The notes: generated by a model not told the origin, from the letters alone. DNA of 64,000 bases from Octopus sinensis (GCF_006345805.1 NC_043004.1:104036001-104100000), one strand, 5' to 3'; positions 12,000 through 25,193 are shown, numbered from the stretch's first letter. Numbers and translations are program-made.

Positions 12000-12330
12000 A
12001 ATGACCCTGAGAGCTATACCAGTGAAACATAAGCTCTATGTAGGGCCTCCCATGCCGGACAGGTCAAAGGATGGAGGTCAGGCTAATATGGAACGCGTCA
12101 TCGCAAAATGGGTTTGCGTATTGCCAACACCCCGACCTAGAAAAGAGCAAAGCTATGGAAGTATCGATGATAATTCAAAACGAACAAAACCTGAGAGAAG
12201 GTTTTTCCCTCGAGGAAATACATGACGCGTTGCAGCAAAATTTGAAACAAAGCTGCGACGCCACAGAACCGAGAAAGCAGGGATCAAACCGGAGACAAGC
12301 AAAAAAGACAGCCCATGGAGGAAATCAGTG
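12000..12330 (+). mobile_element. Decayed RTE-like LINE 5' region
   Basis: gggcctcccatgccggacaggtc..ggctaa and ccaacaccccgacctagaaaa..gctatggaa resemble RTE 5' UTRs (from memory). Confidence 0.4.
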
Positions 12331-12779
12331 CAGAAAAGTTGTCGATGGTCTGAGCTTCATGGAGAGCGAACGGCTCCAATTAAGTATGAAACCAAGCACT
12401 ATGAATGCCTTCCCTCTTAAGTATAAGATAAAATATTCCTGGTATCGATTGAATAGACAATTCCCAAAACCTTCCAGAGAAAGACACCATGATAACTACA
12501 TCCTAACTAATATTTATAAGTCTGTCTTGTTATATATTTCGGACAATTCTGTATAGAATAAATATTCCAATTTGTCTTTTACCTCTGGGAACAGATCTGA
12601 ACGAGAATAAAGTGTCTTATTTCAAACGGGAGGTCAGTTCTAGAGAGGGCAGTGTCATAAGTTCTGTCGGGTCTGTCTTGTTTCAGCAAGAGACGCTGTT
12701 CTAGCATCACAGTTTGGTTTAATTCTATACGAGAAAGTGCAAAACAAAATGTCCCGGTTTCACACACGCACTCACGCAT

Positions 12780-12817
<38 letters not shown>

Positions 12818-12962
12818 ACACACACATATATATGTATGTGTGTGTGAGAGAGAGAGAAAGAGAAATTGAGGGGCCGATGTACGTGACAGAAGAGTATATA
12901 TTACGTTTGTGTATGTGTGTGTGTGTGTGCATGTTTTTGTGTCCGTGTATAAATGTATGTGC

Positions 12963-12999
<37 letters not shown>

Positions 13000-13868
13000 C
13001 GCACACACAGACATCATACGCACACACACCACACACACACACAAATACACGCACACATTACAGAAAGAGAGAAAACAAAATAATTTCCCTAGCCTCTACT
13101 AAAATTACTTCTGTTTGAATTACAAACCACAGATCTTTCTTAGTGTTCAATGTCGTCTGCTATTTCATAGACACTATTGAACTGCGTGAGGCATGTACGT
13201 CATATTGGGAAAGCCCAAAGGAAAGAAAGAAGAAAAAAATTTAATGAAAGACAGTAAGCCGTTCTACTTTTACGTTTTTCAATCAATATATTTCACTCAA
13301 TTTGCTTTTAAACAAATTTTCCCCCTTTTTTCTATTTTGAGCAAATACAGAAAGTTTAGGGTGTCATTTCCGTTAGCAAATAGAGGTCCCAGTTTTAAGA
13401 AATAGGGGTTAGGAAAGCTTAAAAAAACATTTTTTTTTTACCGATAGTCCAGTAGAGATAGCTAACACCTGAGTCACACGTGTACGAAATTTGAACTGTT
13501 CCTGTCACTCTCGAATTCAAAATTGCTTCAACTCTGAAATTAGAATACTGGAACTATGGATGACGGAGTTAGAAAGAAGAGAGCGACACGTCTATTGTCG
13601 GAGGCTATTAGAAGGCTCTTGTTTCGTTAGCTGTTTTGCTGGTACGCTTTGTTTTCTCTTTTCATCGTTTTCCCGGTAAACTGAAAGGATTAAGTTTTCC
13701 CTAAGGATACGTCTGTGTGTTTGCGTCTTTAAACATAAACGATTTTATAACTTGACGAGATCTGTTAAATGTGTAAAGCGTTAACTGCCGCACACTTTTA
13801 CCGAGTTAGATCATTGTTGAACGTGAAAAGTACTTATAACACACGCATGCACAACACAACACACATAC

Positions 13869-13953
<85 letters not shown>

Positions 13954-13965
13954 TGGGTGGGTGTA

Positions 13966-15810
13966 AAGGCGGCGAACTGGCAGAATCTTTAGCACGCCGG
14001 GCGAAATGTTTTGCGGCATTTCGTCTGTCGTTACGGTCTGAGTTCAAATTCCGCCGAGGTCGACTTTGACTTTTCATCCTTTCGGGGTCGATTAAATAAA
14101 GTACCAGTTTCGCACTGGGGTCGATGTAATTGACTTAATCCGTTTGTCTGTCCTTGTTTATCCCCTCTATGTTTAGCCCCTTGTGGGCAATAAAGAAATT
14201 ATATATATATAACAAGTGAAGAACAGTTTTATTACATTTTATTGTTTAATATTTGAGAGACAAATCACATAACTTACATGAAGACATGGAAGAGAACAAT
14301 GATACTATCATATCTATTATATAATACGTATTATATAATGATTGACCACTTAGTTTCCTGGATCCTTTCTCTCTACACGCACATATGCACGTACTCACAC
14401 ACAGCCGTACCTACATGTATGTATGTCTATAAATGTATATATCTTTACAGGGAGGCTACCAATAGTGATTGGATAGAATTTGAAGGGGATTCAACGACTA
14501 AATTTAAACAGAAAAATTTCTGGTTATTATCGATAGTGCGTAGAAAGTGGTGAATTGGCAGAATCATTAGAGATTAGTTAAAAAAAAAAACGCTTTGCGA
14601 TGTTTGTTCCGGTTCTTTACATTCTGAGATCAAATCCCGCCAAGGCCAACTTCATTTTTTCATCATTTCGAGGGCGATAAGCATCAGTCAAGTACTGGGT
14701 TGATGCAATAGACCTGCTCATTCCCTTTAGCAAATCGCTAGCGTTGTGACAAAAATTTGAAAGAATCATTATTTATATATTTCTTTACTACCCGCAAGGG
14801 GCTAAATATGGAGAGGACAAACAAGAACAGACAAAGGGATTAAGTCGATTACATCGACCTCAGCGACCCCGAAAGGATGAAAGGCAAAGTCGACCTTGGC
14901 GGAATTTGAACTCAGAACGTAACGGCAGACGAAATACCGCTAAGCATTTCGCCCGGCATAATCATTATTTATAGCTTTGTGGAGAAGCCGGTGAGCTGAC
15001 AGAATCGTAAACAGGCCGGGCAAATGCTTAGCGGCATTTTGTCCGTCTTTACGTCCTGAGCTCCAATTCCACCGAGGTCGACTCTACCTTTCATCCTTTC
15101 GGGGTCGATGAAATAAGTACCAGTTGAACACTGGAGTCGATGTAATCGATTTCTCACCCATTTCGAAATTGCTGGCCTTGTGCCAAAATTTGAAATCATT
15201 ATTAGTGCGGTAGAAGGCAGCGAGTTGGTAGAATCGTAAGACGCCGGGCGAAATGCTTAGCGATATTTCGTCTGCCGTTACCTTCTGAGTTCAAATTCCA
15301 CCGAGGTCGACTTTGCCTTTCATCCTTTCGGGATTGATAAATTAAGTACCAGTTACGCACTGGGTCGATGTAATCAACTTAATCTGTGTGTCTGTCCTTG
15401 TTTGTCCCCTCTATGTTTAGCCTCTTGTGGGCAATAAAGAAATAAGAATCGTAAGCACGCCAAATAAAATGCTTAGCGACATTTCGTCTGTCTTTACGTT
15501 CTGTGTTCAAATTCCACCGAGGTCGATTTTTCCTTCCAACCTTTCGGGTTCGATAAATAAAGTACCTGGCCTTGTGTGTATTTTAGAAAGGATTATTAGT
15601 GTGGTGAACCAGCAGAATCGTTTAGGCGTCGGGAAAAGTGCTTTTCGACATTTATTCAGGATCTTTAATTCTAAGTTCCAATCTACTGCAATCAACTTTG
15701 CCTGTCACACTTCTAAGTCTACAAAATAAAGTATCAGTCAAGCAATGAGGTTGATACAATCGACTAAACCTCTTCCTCAAAACTGCTGGCTTTGAGACAC
15801 AATTATCGAT
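13966..15810. mobile_element. Cluster of ~7 copies of SINE family B (central gaggtcgactttgcctttcatcctttcggggtcg domain), both orientations
   Basis: Copies start near 13966(+), 14550(+), 14770(-), 14985(+), 15215(+), 15440(+), 15600(+). Confidence 0.85.
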
Positions 15811-17139
15811 AATGTGTATATCTTTATTTGGTCAAAAATATGAAAGAAGGTTTTCCTAAACCTTTTAGCAGCATACCTTGAAAGTTTTGAGCAAAAGATT
15901 AAGTTTCGAAGATTTTCTTCAAATTATCGAAGAAGCTTTGAAAACGTTATGTATTTGTGCAAGATAAAATTCTATCGAGTTTTAGTTTTTGTCAGGTGGA
16001 AACGAGCAACCGTTGGAAATATTCAGAGGATCAATTTTTCAACAGCAGATGGAATGACTTTAAATGTATATTTTGATAGATAGAGATCCTCTTTTAAATA
16101 AATGATATGTCTATATTAAAATGATCCGTGTTTGAGAGTTAATAGTAAATGGACGGGATTGTCATGTACGCGTGACGTACGTGACATTCAGATACACAAA
16201 TAAGGAAATAATCTAAGCTGTAAATCTTAAACATTTACAAGAACTGTTTTGATTCATTTTTCAGAGTAAAGTTTGATTACCCAGGCAAATATTAAGCAAT
16301 AATTTTTTTTTACCTGGAATGTATGTTGAATTTTTTGAAGTGGGTCTACAGAAAATGTGACGTACATGGCATAGTACGACATAACATTTTTCACTTGAAA
16401 ATATTAACTGCTAATCCGTCTGTATTTTTCCAGAGCAACATAAATAGCTCTAGATGTTTATTTACGTTCACCTTGAAAGATCATTAAAAAAATTTAATGA
16501 GTTTCCTAGACAACAATGTCAGAAGTCACAATTCGCATTTACCTGATGTGACATGCGTGACAAACATAAATGTGACGTGATAACAAATTTCATGTTAAAA
16601 GAAGGTGTTGCGTCGATCCGGAAGACATTGTTTTAATGATATCTGGTCGAAAATGAACGATTTCAACATACATTTTTCTGAGTATTCTAGAAACATTTCA
16701 AAATCCTGTTACGGTTTCACTTTCGTGGGAAGTGTTCAAATGTAATTGACACGGGCTGATCTAAGTTCAACGACCAGTATTTTAACTCACTATCACACTA
16801 GTTTCAGTTTTATGCTAACCATAGGGACGATTCGAACTAAAGATTTTAAATTAACGATTTTCTTTTCCATTAAAAGATCGTACTTGGGGACAAAGAAGTG
16901 AACCGGAGTTCTGTTTATACCGAGTTCCTGTTAGAGACTGCACTTTGAATAAATTTTCTAAAAAATCTAATGATTTACCAAGAAACAAAGCGCTGTTAAC
17001 GATACACGTATTATATCAATGGATCTCAAGCACCTCAGCCCCTAAAATTTTTTGCTCTCTCCCCTCTTTGTTGATTGTTTCTAGTTTAGGCGGGATTTGA
17101 ACTCAGATTGTAAAGAGCCAAATTCAATTGCAGCCGCTT

Positions 17140-17545
17140 GATGATGACTATATTGGTTTCAAATTTTGTCACAAGGCTAGAAATTTCGAGTGGGAAGAAA
17201 GTAAGTCGATTACATCGACATCAGTGCTCAACTGGTACTTATTTTATCCACCCCAAAAGAATGAAAGGCAAAGTCGACCTCGGCGGAATTTGAACTCAGA
17301 ACGTAGCGGCAGACAAAATACCTATTTCTTTACTACCCACAAGGGGCTAAACACACAGAGTGGACAAACAAGAACAGACAAACGGATTAAATCGATTATA
17401 TCGACCCCAGTGCATAACTGGTCCTTATATAAAGGAACCCGAAAGGATGAAAAGCAAAGTCGACCTCGGCGGAATTTGAACTTAGAACGTAGCAGCAGAC
17501 GAAATACTGCTAAACATTTCGCCCGGCGTGCTAACGTTTCTGCCA
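17140..17545 (-). mobile_element. Two abutting SINE family B copies
   Basis: gaaaggcaaagtcgacctcggcggaatttgaactcagaacg occurs twice (one slightly diverged). Confidence 0.85.
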
Positions 17546-17671
17546 GCTCACCGCCTTTCTACATACACTATATTGTACACACAATACACTATTCTACATT
17601 ACATTATACCACCATATACAGACACTATACTATATTACATTACGCTTATCTTTCTCTACACGTCTCTACAA

Positions 17672-17895
17672 TACATAATAGGGAACGCTGAAAAGTTCCT
17701 GGCTTTAAGGGTGTCGCGAAAGGCCTGGTTCAAGGCTCAACCTTCCGAGTTCTTTCAGAGGGCTTAGAAAAACTGAAAGACCGCTACAATAAATGTGTGA
17801 ATCTGAGAGGGGAATTTATTGAATAAAATCATAATTAACTGATCCTCCTGTATTTTCTTTTACACAAGTCCACGAACTTTTCACCATCCCTCGTA
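17672..17895 (+). mobile_element. Mariner-derived MITE / internal deletion derivative
   Basis: TIRs gctgaaaagttcctggctt / aagtccacgaacttttcaccatccctcgta; carries the transposase C-terminus (SEFFQRG.EKLKDRYNKCVNLRGEFIE*). Confidence 0.8.
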
Positions 17896-19152
17896 CACCG
17901 CACTACATTCATTGTGCTATATACTCTACATTTACAACCCTGTATGCGCTAGTTTTCCTGTATACACTTTGCTACATTTTCTGTACTACATCTCATTATA
18001 TACCTTACATTATATAACATAAACTACACGGTATACTCTACACAACACATATTTTACTAAACTAAAGAATAAACACTGTGTACGCTACACTATTCTATAG
18101 TCACTGCATACAATATACTCTTTTCTAGTCTAGGCACAAGTCGACCTCGGCAGAATTTGAACTCAGAACGTAAGCTGTTTCATACGTTTTGAGTAACATA
18201 AAGCTTTCCTTTGATAAATCCAAAATTACTTTGGTAGTTGAGAAAACAAAAACTGAAAATGTGTATCATATTCGATTCATGGACACCCAGACTTCTCGTT
18301 CTCCCTTGTTTCATGCGTGTCGAGTAATAGAAAGCTTTCCTTTCATAAGTCTCAAGTTAATTTGGTGGTTGAAAAAAATTAGGACAGTGTGCCAGGGAAG
18401 TATATCTTTTATATCGCATGTCACAAACTAGGCAGTTAAGGGATTAAAAATAGACATTTAAGAGCATATATGGATATTGAGTAATATAGGTAGTTTCCAG
18501 TTAAATGTGGAAGACGCTATCGCAACGTACGGTTAGTATTGCCTTGACATAATCCAGTCTATTCCGGTACAGTATTTCATTGAATTCATCAATGGGTTCA
18601 ATTACGTAAAACTACGACACAAAGATAAGTAGTTATCTAGATATGTGAACGAACTGATATAGTTCAAGTTGTTATCTAACAATTTCAATGTAGTTAATTC
18701 AATGAATCTCTATGTCAAATAATCAAAAGGCACTTATAATAGAATAAAGTCAGGATTTTTGCAATTCGCCGGTACTTTCTAGTTTATTATCTTTAAAATG
18801 TGACGTACTAACTATTTGCCGGTCCTGCATATCACTTGATATATAGGACATATTTCTCTGGTCTCCATGCATCATACACAATACACGCGCCTAATTTATT
18901 TTCAGCCATCAGAGGAATCTGGGACTTGGGAAAAGAAACCTTTGTATTACTCACAACTTATGAAGCAAGGGCTAATAAAATGTCTGGGGGAAAGAAAGAA
19001 AAGCATGGGCGTTCAGGACAAACACAGGAAAATTATTTGGACTGGCAAAAGGTTAAATGGAAATGGTAACATCGTAGAATTGAGATAAGTCCCTGTCCTT
19101 TGTGCAAATTGTGTACATGTGTGCATGACACGGATATATCAGGGTATACCAC

Positions 19153-19590
19153 GGATCTTTTCGGTTTGAACGGCAGTTTTTTCTAGCGGTGTCATATGAA
19201 ATTGTCACCCATAATTATGACCCTAGTATCGATCTATTGCATTTCAATCTGTTTTAGGGTTAGGGTTAGTTAGGATTAGTTAGGGTTAGGGGTGGGGGGA
19301 AGGGTATCTTTTTTTTCTTCAGAAATATAAATAAGCCCAATCTGTTTCTTAAACGAGGGACATATTCATACGGCACATAATGTTTTCACCTCAATAGACG
19401 TCATTGGTTGGTTGAAATTGCAGAAATTGAAGAAAAGAAACAACAAATATCTTACAAACTATAGAATTTTCTCAATAAAGCTAAGAGAAAAAGATGTTTT
19501 ATAAACACATTCTACCAGTATACGAAGTTTAAAAGTGTTTAGCTACGTAGAAATTATTTTTAAAAACTGCCGTTCAAACCGAAAAGATCC
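19153..19590. mobile_element. 438-bp MITE with 28-bp TIRs and perfect 8-bp TSD (Merlin-, hAT- or P-like), containing TTAGGG repeats
   Basis: TIR GGATCTTTTCGGTTTGAACGGCAGTTTT; TSD TATACCAC at 19145-19152 and 19591-19598. Confidence 0.9.
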
Positions 19591-19936
19591 TATACCACAA
19601 TTAAAAACCTGCATTTTTTGCCTAAGTATCGAGAAAAGGGGCCACCGGTTTAAAGACAGACTTGTATAATAAAACATAAGAATACCAGTAACATTTTCTT
19701 ATATTTTGTATGTGTGTGTATGAGTTCTTGCGTGTTTGTGTATGTGTGTGCGAGTGTGTATGTATGTATGTGTATGTGTGTGTGTGTGAGTATGTGTGTG
19801 TGGGTGGGTGTGTGTGCAGCCGTGACATAGTCGCAGGTGTGACTGTGTAGTAAGAAGTTTGTTTCCCAACCATATGTTTCCGGGTTCAGTCCCGCCGACC
19901 AAAGATGATTTTAGACAAAAACTGAAAGAAACCTGC

Positions 19937-19990
<54 letters not shown>

Positions 19991-21016
19991 ATATATATAT
20001 ATAATATATATATATATATAAAATAATAAGGGTGAAAAATTGAATATTACTTTGATTAATATCAATTTAAAACCAGTGGCCTAGCATATTGAAAAATCTG
20101 AAGATTCAGAAAAATTATATTACATAATATAAGAGGGATGACCACTTAGTGATCATCCCTCTTATATATATATATCAGTGGCAACCCCGACACTCGGGCT
20201 GTTCGGGCTTAGCCCAAATATAAATTTAGTAAAGTGAGTGTGTATTTGCAAGCTGATTTAATTTCAGCCAACGTTGTGACTTCAAGTACGAAATTGCAGC
20301 CAATAACTCGGGCTCCTTTTATTGAGCCTGGTCGCAGTTCATATATTTTCGTTCAGCGTCTGGAGGTCGTCTTAGAGGTGCCCTGTGTCAAAACATATCA
20401 TTCGTAGCAGATGTTCTCGCGGCATCGTTCACACGTGCCTGACTCGTGCTCAGAGGTTACAGCCCGAATGGTTATCTATAATAGTAAAAATTAAAAGTAA
20501 TTCATATTCAATGTTTTCTTGAAACATTAAATTTCTATCGAGATTAGGATTTAAATTCCAATCTATGAAAAGTTTCCATTCTATAACATTCTTAAAGGAA
20601 CGAAAATTATCCAGCAACTCGGGCTAATTCGAACGAGCCTTGTAGGCGTAAAAGACTAACAGGCTTGTCAAGAGTACAGGCGACAGTCAGATCGCTGATG
20701 TTTGTTGTACACTTCACTGTTGTTATTTGATTGCTGTTATTCTGTGCGTCTGTGTGCAAAGATCATTTGTGTTTTGCAGGGTTGCTTTATTTTTACCTTA
20801 ACTTAGAAATGGAGAAAGACATAGTGCTAGATATAGATATAAAAATAAGCTATTTGGGGGCTAGAAAGAAAACGGAAAAACGTGAAATTCTTCGAGTCGG
20901 CATGTGTCGTATGCGAAATCTGTGATGATCCCGAGTGACTCTGATGACCTGGACTCGCCTCTGATATATATTCTAAACAGAAATAGTGGTAAAGTTAGGA
21001 AGGAGGTGGCGTAGAA

Positions 21017-21034
21017 TAATAATAATAATAATAA

Positions 21035-21065
<31 letters not shown>

Positions 21066-21122
21066 AAGAAGAAGAAGAAGAAGAAGAAGAAGAAGAAGAA
21101 AGAAGAAGAAGAAGAAGAAGAA
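21017..21122 (+). repeat. (TAA)n(AAG)n microsatellite at the 3' end of the Penelope-like element
   Basis: Direct reading. Confidence 0.95.
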
Positions 21123-21124
21123 AG

Positions 21125-22720
21125 GATTGTGAGTAGTATGATAGTAGTAAGGTGTTAAATGGTCAAATGACCTAAAAGTGACTCGTTATGGATTATAGCA
21201 GTGATTGGGACTGTTTTTTAATGAATTCTTGGGAATCTCTTGGGTGTATCATTTTTAATATTTGCGTGTGTGTTTGTGCTATTCTAAGGTCGTGGTGGAT
21301 ATGTCGTTTGTTGTAGATGCGTCCAAAAGGGGTCTGTATATTGTAATAAAGAGAGTCTCTTTACTAATTCGGTGGCTACTGGTGGTATCGTCCCTGAATT
21401 GGTAGAGGGGCAAAAATTCTGAAGCTTGGATTTTTGTTATTGGCGCAAATGTCTACGTGTTGGCTGAATGCTATTTTTCTGTTTGGGGGAATTTTGATCT
21501 GGGATCTGTACAGAGCCATTCTTTTACGTAGACTGTATTTTGTTTAGCCTATATACTGCTCTTGACACCCAGAGCAGGTTAGTGCATATATAAGGTTCCC
21601 CGAAGCACACGTGAAGTTGCTTTTCACTGAAACGTTGTCCCTGTTTGAAAGGGAACTCTGATACCCCAATTAAATTGACGCATATCTCACAGTTGGGTCT
21701 TCCGCATTTTTTTACTGACGGCTTCTGTGTTGTTGAGCGTATTCGGGCTTATATTTGGGTTGTCTCTTGCTGTTTATGATGGTGTGTGTTTGGAGGATTA
21801 AGTTCATTCTGCGGTCCTTTTTTAGCAGGGGAATGTTTTGAAGGATGGTGTCGAAGGCTTCATTGTAGGGCTTTTGGTTGTAAATCTTTCTTTAATTTTG
21901 GATGTTTGAGTTCCTGGATGTTGAGTTGTAGTGTACGTTGAAAGCATATGTCAATTAGTGAAGGTGGGTAGTTCCTGGTGATGAGTGTATCCTTTAGTTC
22001 ATGTAGTCGTGTGTCTCTGATGTTTGCATTAGAAACTATAGTACATATCCTTTTTGGTAGGTTGAAGGGGATATTCATTCTGGTGTGTCTGGGGTGGCAT
22101 GAGTTAAACAGTAGATATTGCTTGGAATCCGTAGGCTTATAGTATATATCTGTTTCTATTATGTTGTTAGGTTTCTTAATGAAGATGTCGAGGATGGGAA
22201 GTTGTTGCTGGCTATATTCCATCGTGAATTGAATGTTTACATCAAGTTCATTTATAAGTGCTTGGAATTCTTTAAGTTTCTCTATATTTTCATGCCAAAG
22301 AATGAAACAGTCATCCAGGTATCTCTTCCAGTTATTTTCTATGTAGAGGGAGAATCGGCTGCCGTATTTTTCTAGAACCTTACGATAAAGGCTAATTTCT
22401 AGATATCCCATGACTAGGTTAGCAAAGGAGGGGACCATTCTCGTACCCATCGCAGTCCCCGATTTTTGTCGGTAGAAGTTGTCTTTGAAGACGAAGTAGT
22501 TATTTTCCAGGATGAATTTAAGCCCTTCTATCACGAATTCTTTTTTGGTGCGATGTGGGAGTTCGTTGGCGTGATTCTCTAGCCAGAATTGAATTGCTTC
22601 TATTCCTAGGTTGTGGGGGATACTGGAATGAGGTTGACTACATCGAAGGATACTTGTAGGGTGTTTTTGTTTATTATTTTTGGAAGGCGACTGAGCATAT
22701 CCAGGTCGACCCAATTTAAT
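21125..22720 (-). mobile_element. Penelope-like element (RT + Cys-rich linker + GIY-YIG endonuclease), 5'-truncated and decayed
   Basis: ORF 21860-22714: GTAMG..PSFANLVMG, WKRYLDDCF, YKPTD..YL.FNSCHP; downstream 21380-21720 reads KCGRPNCEIC...FTCASGNLIYALTCSGCQEQYIG*TKYSLRKR. Confidence 0.92.
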
Positions 22721-22825
22721 TGTTTTCCATACTTACAGTTGAAAAAGTCTGAATGACTGAAACCGGTGCTGAAATGTTTTTATAAAATTATTTTAGCATT
22801 TTCTACCTTGACCTTTTTTCCATAT

Positions 22826-22903
<78 letters not shown>

Positions 22904-23302
22904 AAGAGAGACAGAGAGACAGAAAGACAGACAGACAGAGACAGAGACAGACAGACAGACAGGCAGAGAGGAGGGAAGAGAGAGAGAGAGAAAAGAGGAG
23001 AGATATACGCACATACTCACACACATACGCATACACGCATGGACACACACTCACACACGTATCGTTTTTAGCGACAAAAGTATTTTTTTAACGAAAGAAG
23101 CTTAGCTAAGCAATCTCCAGACATTTATTGTAGAGAAAAAAATATTCAGAACTTATCTCAGAATATCGATAAAATAATATCGATTACTGAATTCTCATTA
23201 ACACCAGAAATGGAAGCTTTGTTCCGTATTTTCAAATAAATGTGAACACTATCAGATTTTGCTTCCCGACTCACGCGCTTGTGTGTGTGTGGAATATGTG
23301 TG

Positions 23303-23349
<47 letters not shown>

Positions 23350-23581
23350 TTAATATATAACACATAGATTCATGCATACATACATACGTGCATACATACA
23401 TACATACATACACACACACAAACTCACATACATGTGTGGGAGTGGATGGGAATATATATGGACGAGTGTGCACGCATGGGCTGTGTTTGTAAGTCTGTGT
23501 GTAAAAATATCAAACATTATAAGAATCATGTTGAGGCAAAAAAACTATATATATTTCCAGTTTCCCGTGCATATAAATGAA

Positions 23582-23642
<61 letters not shown>

Positions 23643-24114
23643 TTATACTCTAAAATACAATAAGAATATTGTCGCTCTAAGTTTAACGGAGTACTCTATG
23701 AACTTGAATATAATACAGAATCACAGCAAATTCTGGTATATATAACATATATAATATACTATAGTCTCCTGCAATATAATATAATGTAATATACAATATA
23801 ATATAACGTAATATAATGTAATATAATATAATATATGATGTCAGCGGAAAGATACGTGAAAAGGAAATCAATGTCTCTATATATGAAAATATATTTACGT
23901 ATTGTATATTCTCTTGGACATTGATCTATGATTCTGACAGACAAATCATTATATAAATATATAAGTACGTTTGCTACTTTTATGAACGGGCCCAAAGGGA
24001 AAAGTATTGGAAAATTACTCATTGTTCTTTCGTTGTAGTACATCTCATAAACAAAGGCCAGAGCATTTCGTAAACCTACGAAATACCGTGATTTCAGATA
24101 CGATCTCTTTCAGT

Positions 24115-24173
<59 letters not shown>

Positions 24174-24257
24174 CTATTGCAATGGGTTTTGACACGCGTA
24201 TTTAACTTTATAGACCAGCGGATGAGAGCTTTCATAATAATAATAATAATAATAATA

Positions 24258-24516
24258 ACTCAGATACCAATAAACCCAAAAATGGCAGAAATTCAAAAGA
24301 TAGTGCTCGTGGGAACTGCTCATAACCTACGCAAAATACTTTCTATGTAATCTCAAACATAATTTTCGTATGTTTTATTTTAGGCATTCACTAGTACAAA
24401 ACCAAATATATGGCACCCTAGGCATAACATCAACACGAACTTCCAACTTGTTGTCTCTTGAGGTCTCTGGGTGAGACTTGGAGCCAGTTTGTGCAAATGT
24501 AAAGCAAAAGTCAAAC

Positions 24517-24520
<4 letters not shown>
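24258..24520 (+). mobile_element. R4/Dong-clade LINE 3' end embedded in (TAA)n
   Basis: Translates EIQKIVLVGTAHNLRKILSM*, typical of the C-terminus of RLE-type R4/Dong elements; TAA tracts on both sides. Confidence 0.7.
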
Positions 24521-24577
<57 letters not shown>

Positions 24578-24578
<1 letters not shown>

Positions 24579-25134
24579 CCCTGATGCAGTACCAGGATGT
24601 GACTCTCGTGGCTTCTTCTGATCTTGACTGATTGGAAGTGTTATCATGTACATTATTTTGTCTTGGTATAAAAGATAGGCTACAGCAAATATTCTGTTCA
24701 ATTCCACAGATTTGCTTGTCAGCTGTTTGACCTTAACCAGTTGAGCATGTCCATTAGTGGCCGACGATATGTGCATCTCTGATCATGAGCAGAAGTAGTG
24801 GGGGAGCATCATAGCCATGTGTTGAGAGGGATTCTTGGAGGTTTGGATAATTCACCTTTGGAAACATGGGTGGTTCGTTCAGCATCCTTAAACAATCCTT
24901 ATTCAGGGACCTTTTGAGAGGGATGGTTACTCGACCAGAAGAAAATTCTAACAGGGCCCCACCTGCAAGGTCATGCGCTGTTTATCTTGATATAAGATCA
25001 CCATGTCGCGCACATATGGTTGTGATGCATGTGCCTAGTATAACCTTGTCAGACGGGTAGTCATGATGGGTATATTGGGCCTCCTTTATTTGTCCTCGAG
25101 TGTCACTTTGATGGCTTGCACTGCTCTCTCACTC
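24578..25134 (-). mobile_element. ~560-bp non-coding repeat inserted in (TAA)n; fragments at 25205-25270 and 30846-30887
   Basis: Both ends abut TAA tracts; terminus gagtgagagagcagt..atgccatcaaagtgacact recurs inside the 30.7-31.5 kb ATT array. Confidence 0.65.
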
Positions 25135-25149
25135 AATGATAATAATAAT

Positions 25150-25193
<44 letters not shown>

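Noticed and set aside
12071-12556. 161-aa ORF
   Set aside because: No recognisable domain or splice context; overlaps a probable LINE relic
19255-19295. Telomere or chromosome fusion site
   Set aside because: Short degenerate TTAGGG tract internal to a multicopy MITE
20920-20965. C/D-box snoRNA (TGATGA...CTGA)
   Set aside because: Boxes only ~40 nt apart with no terminal stem
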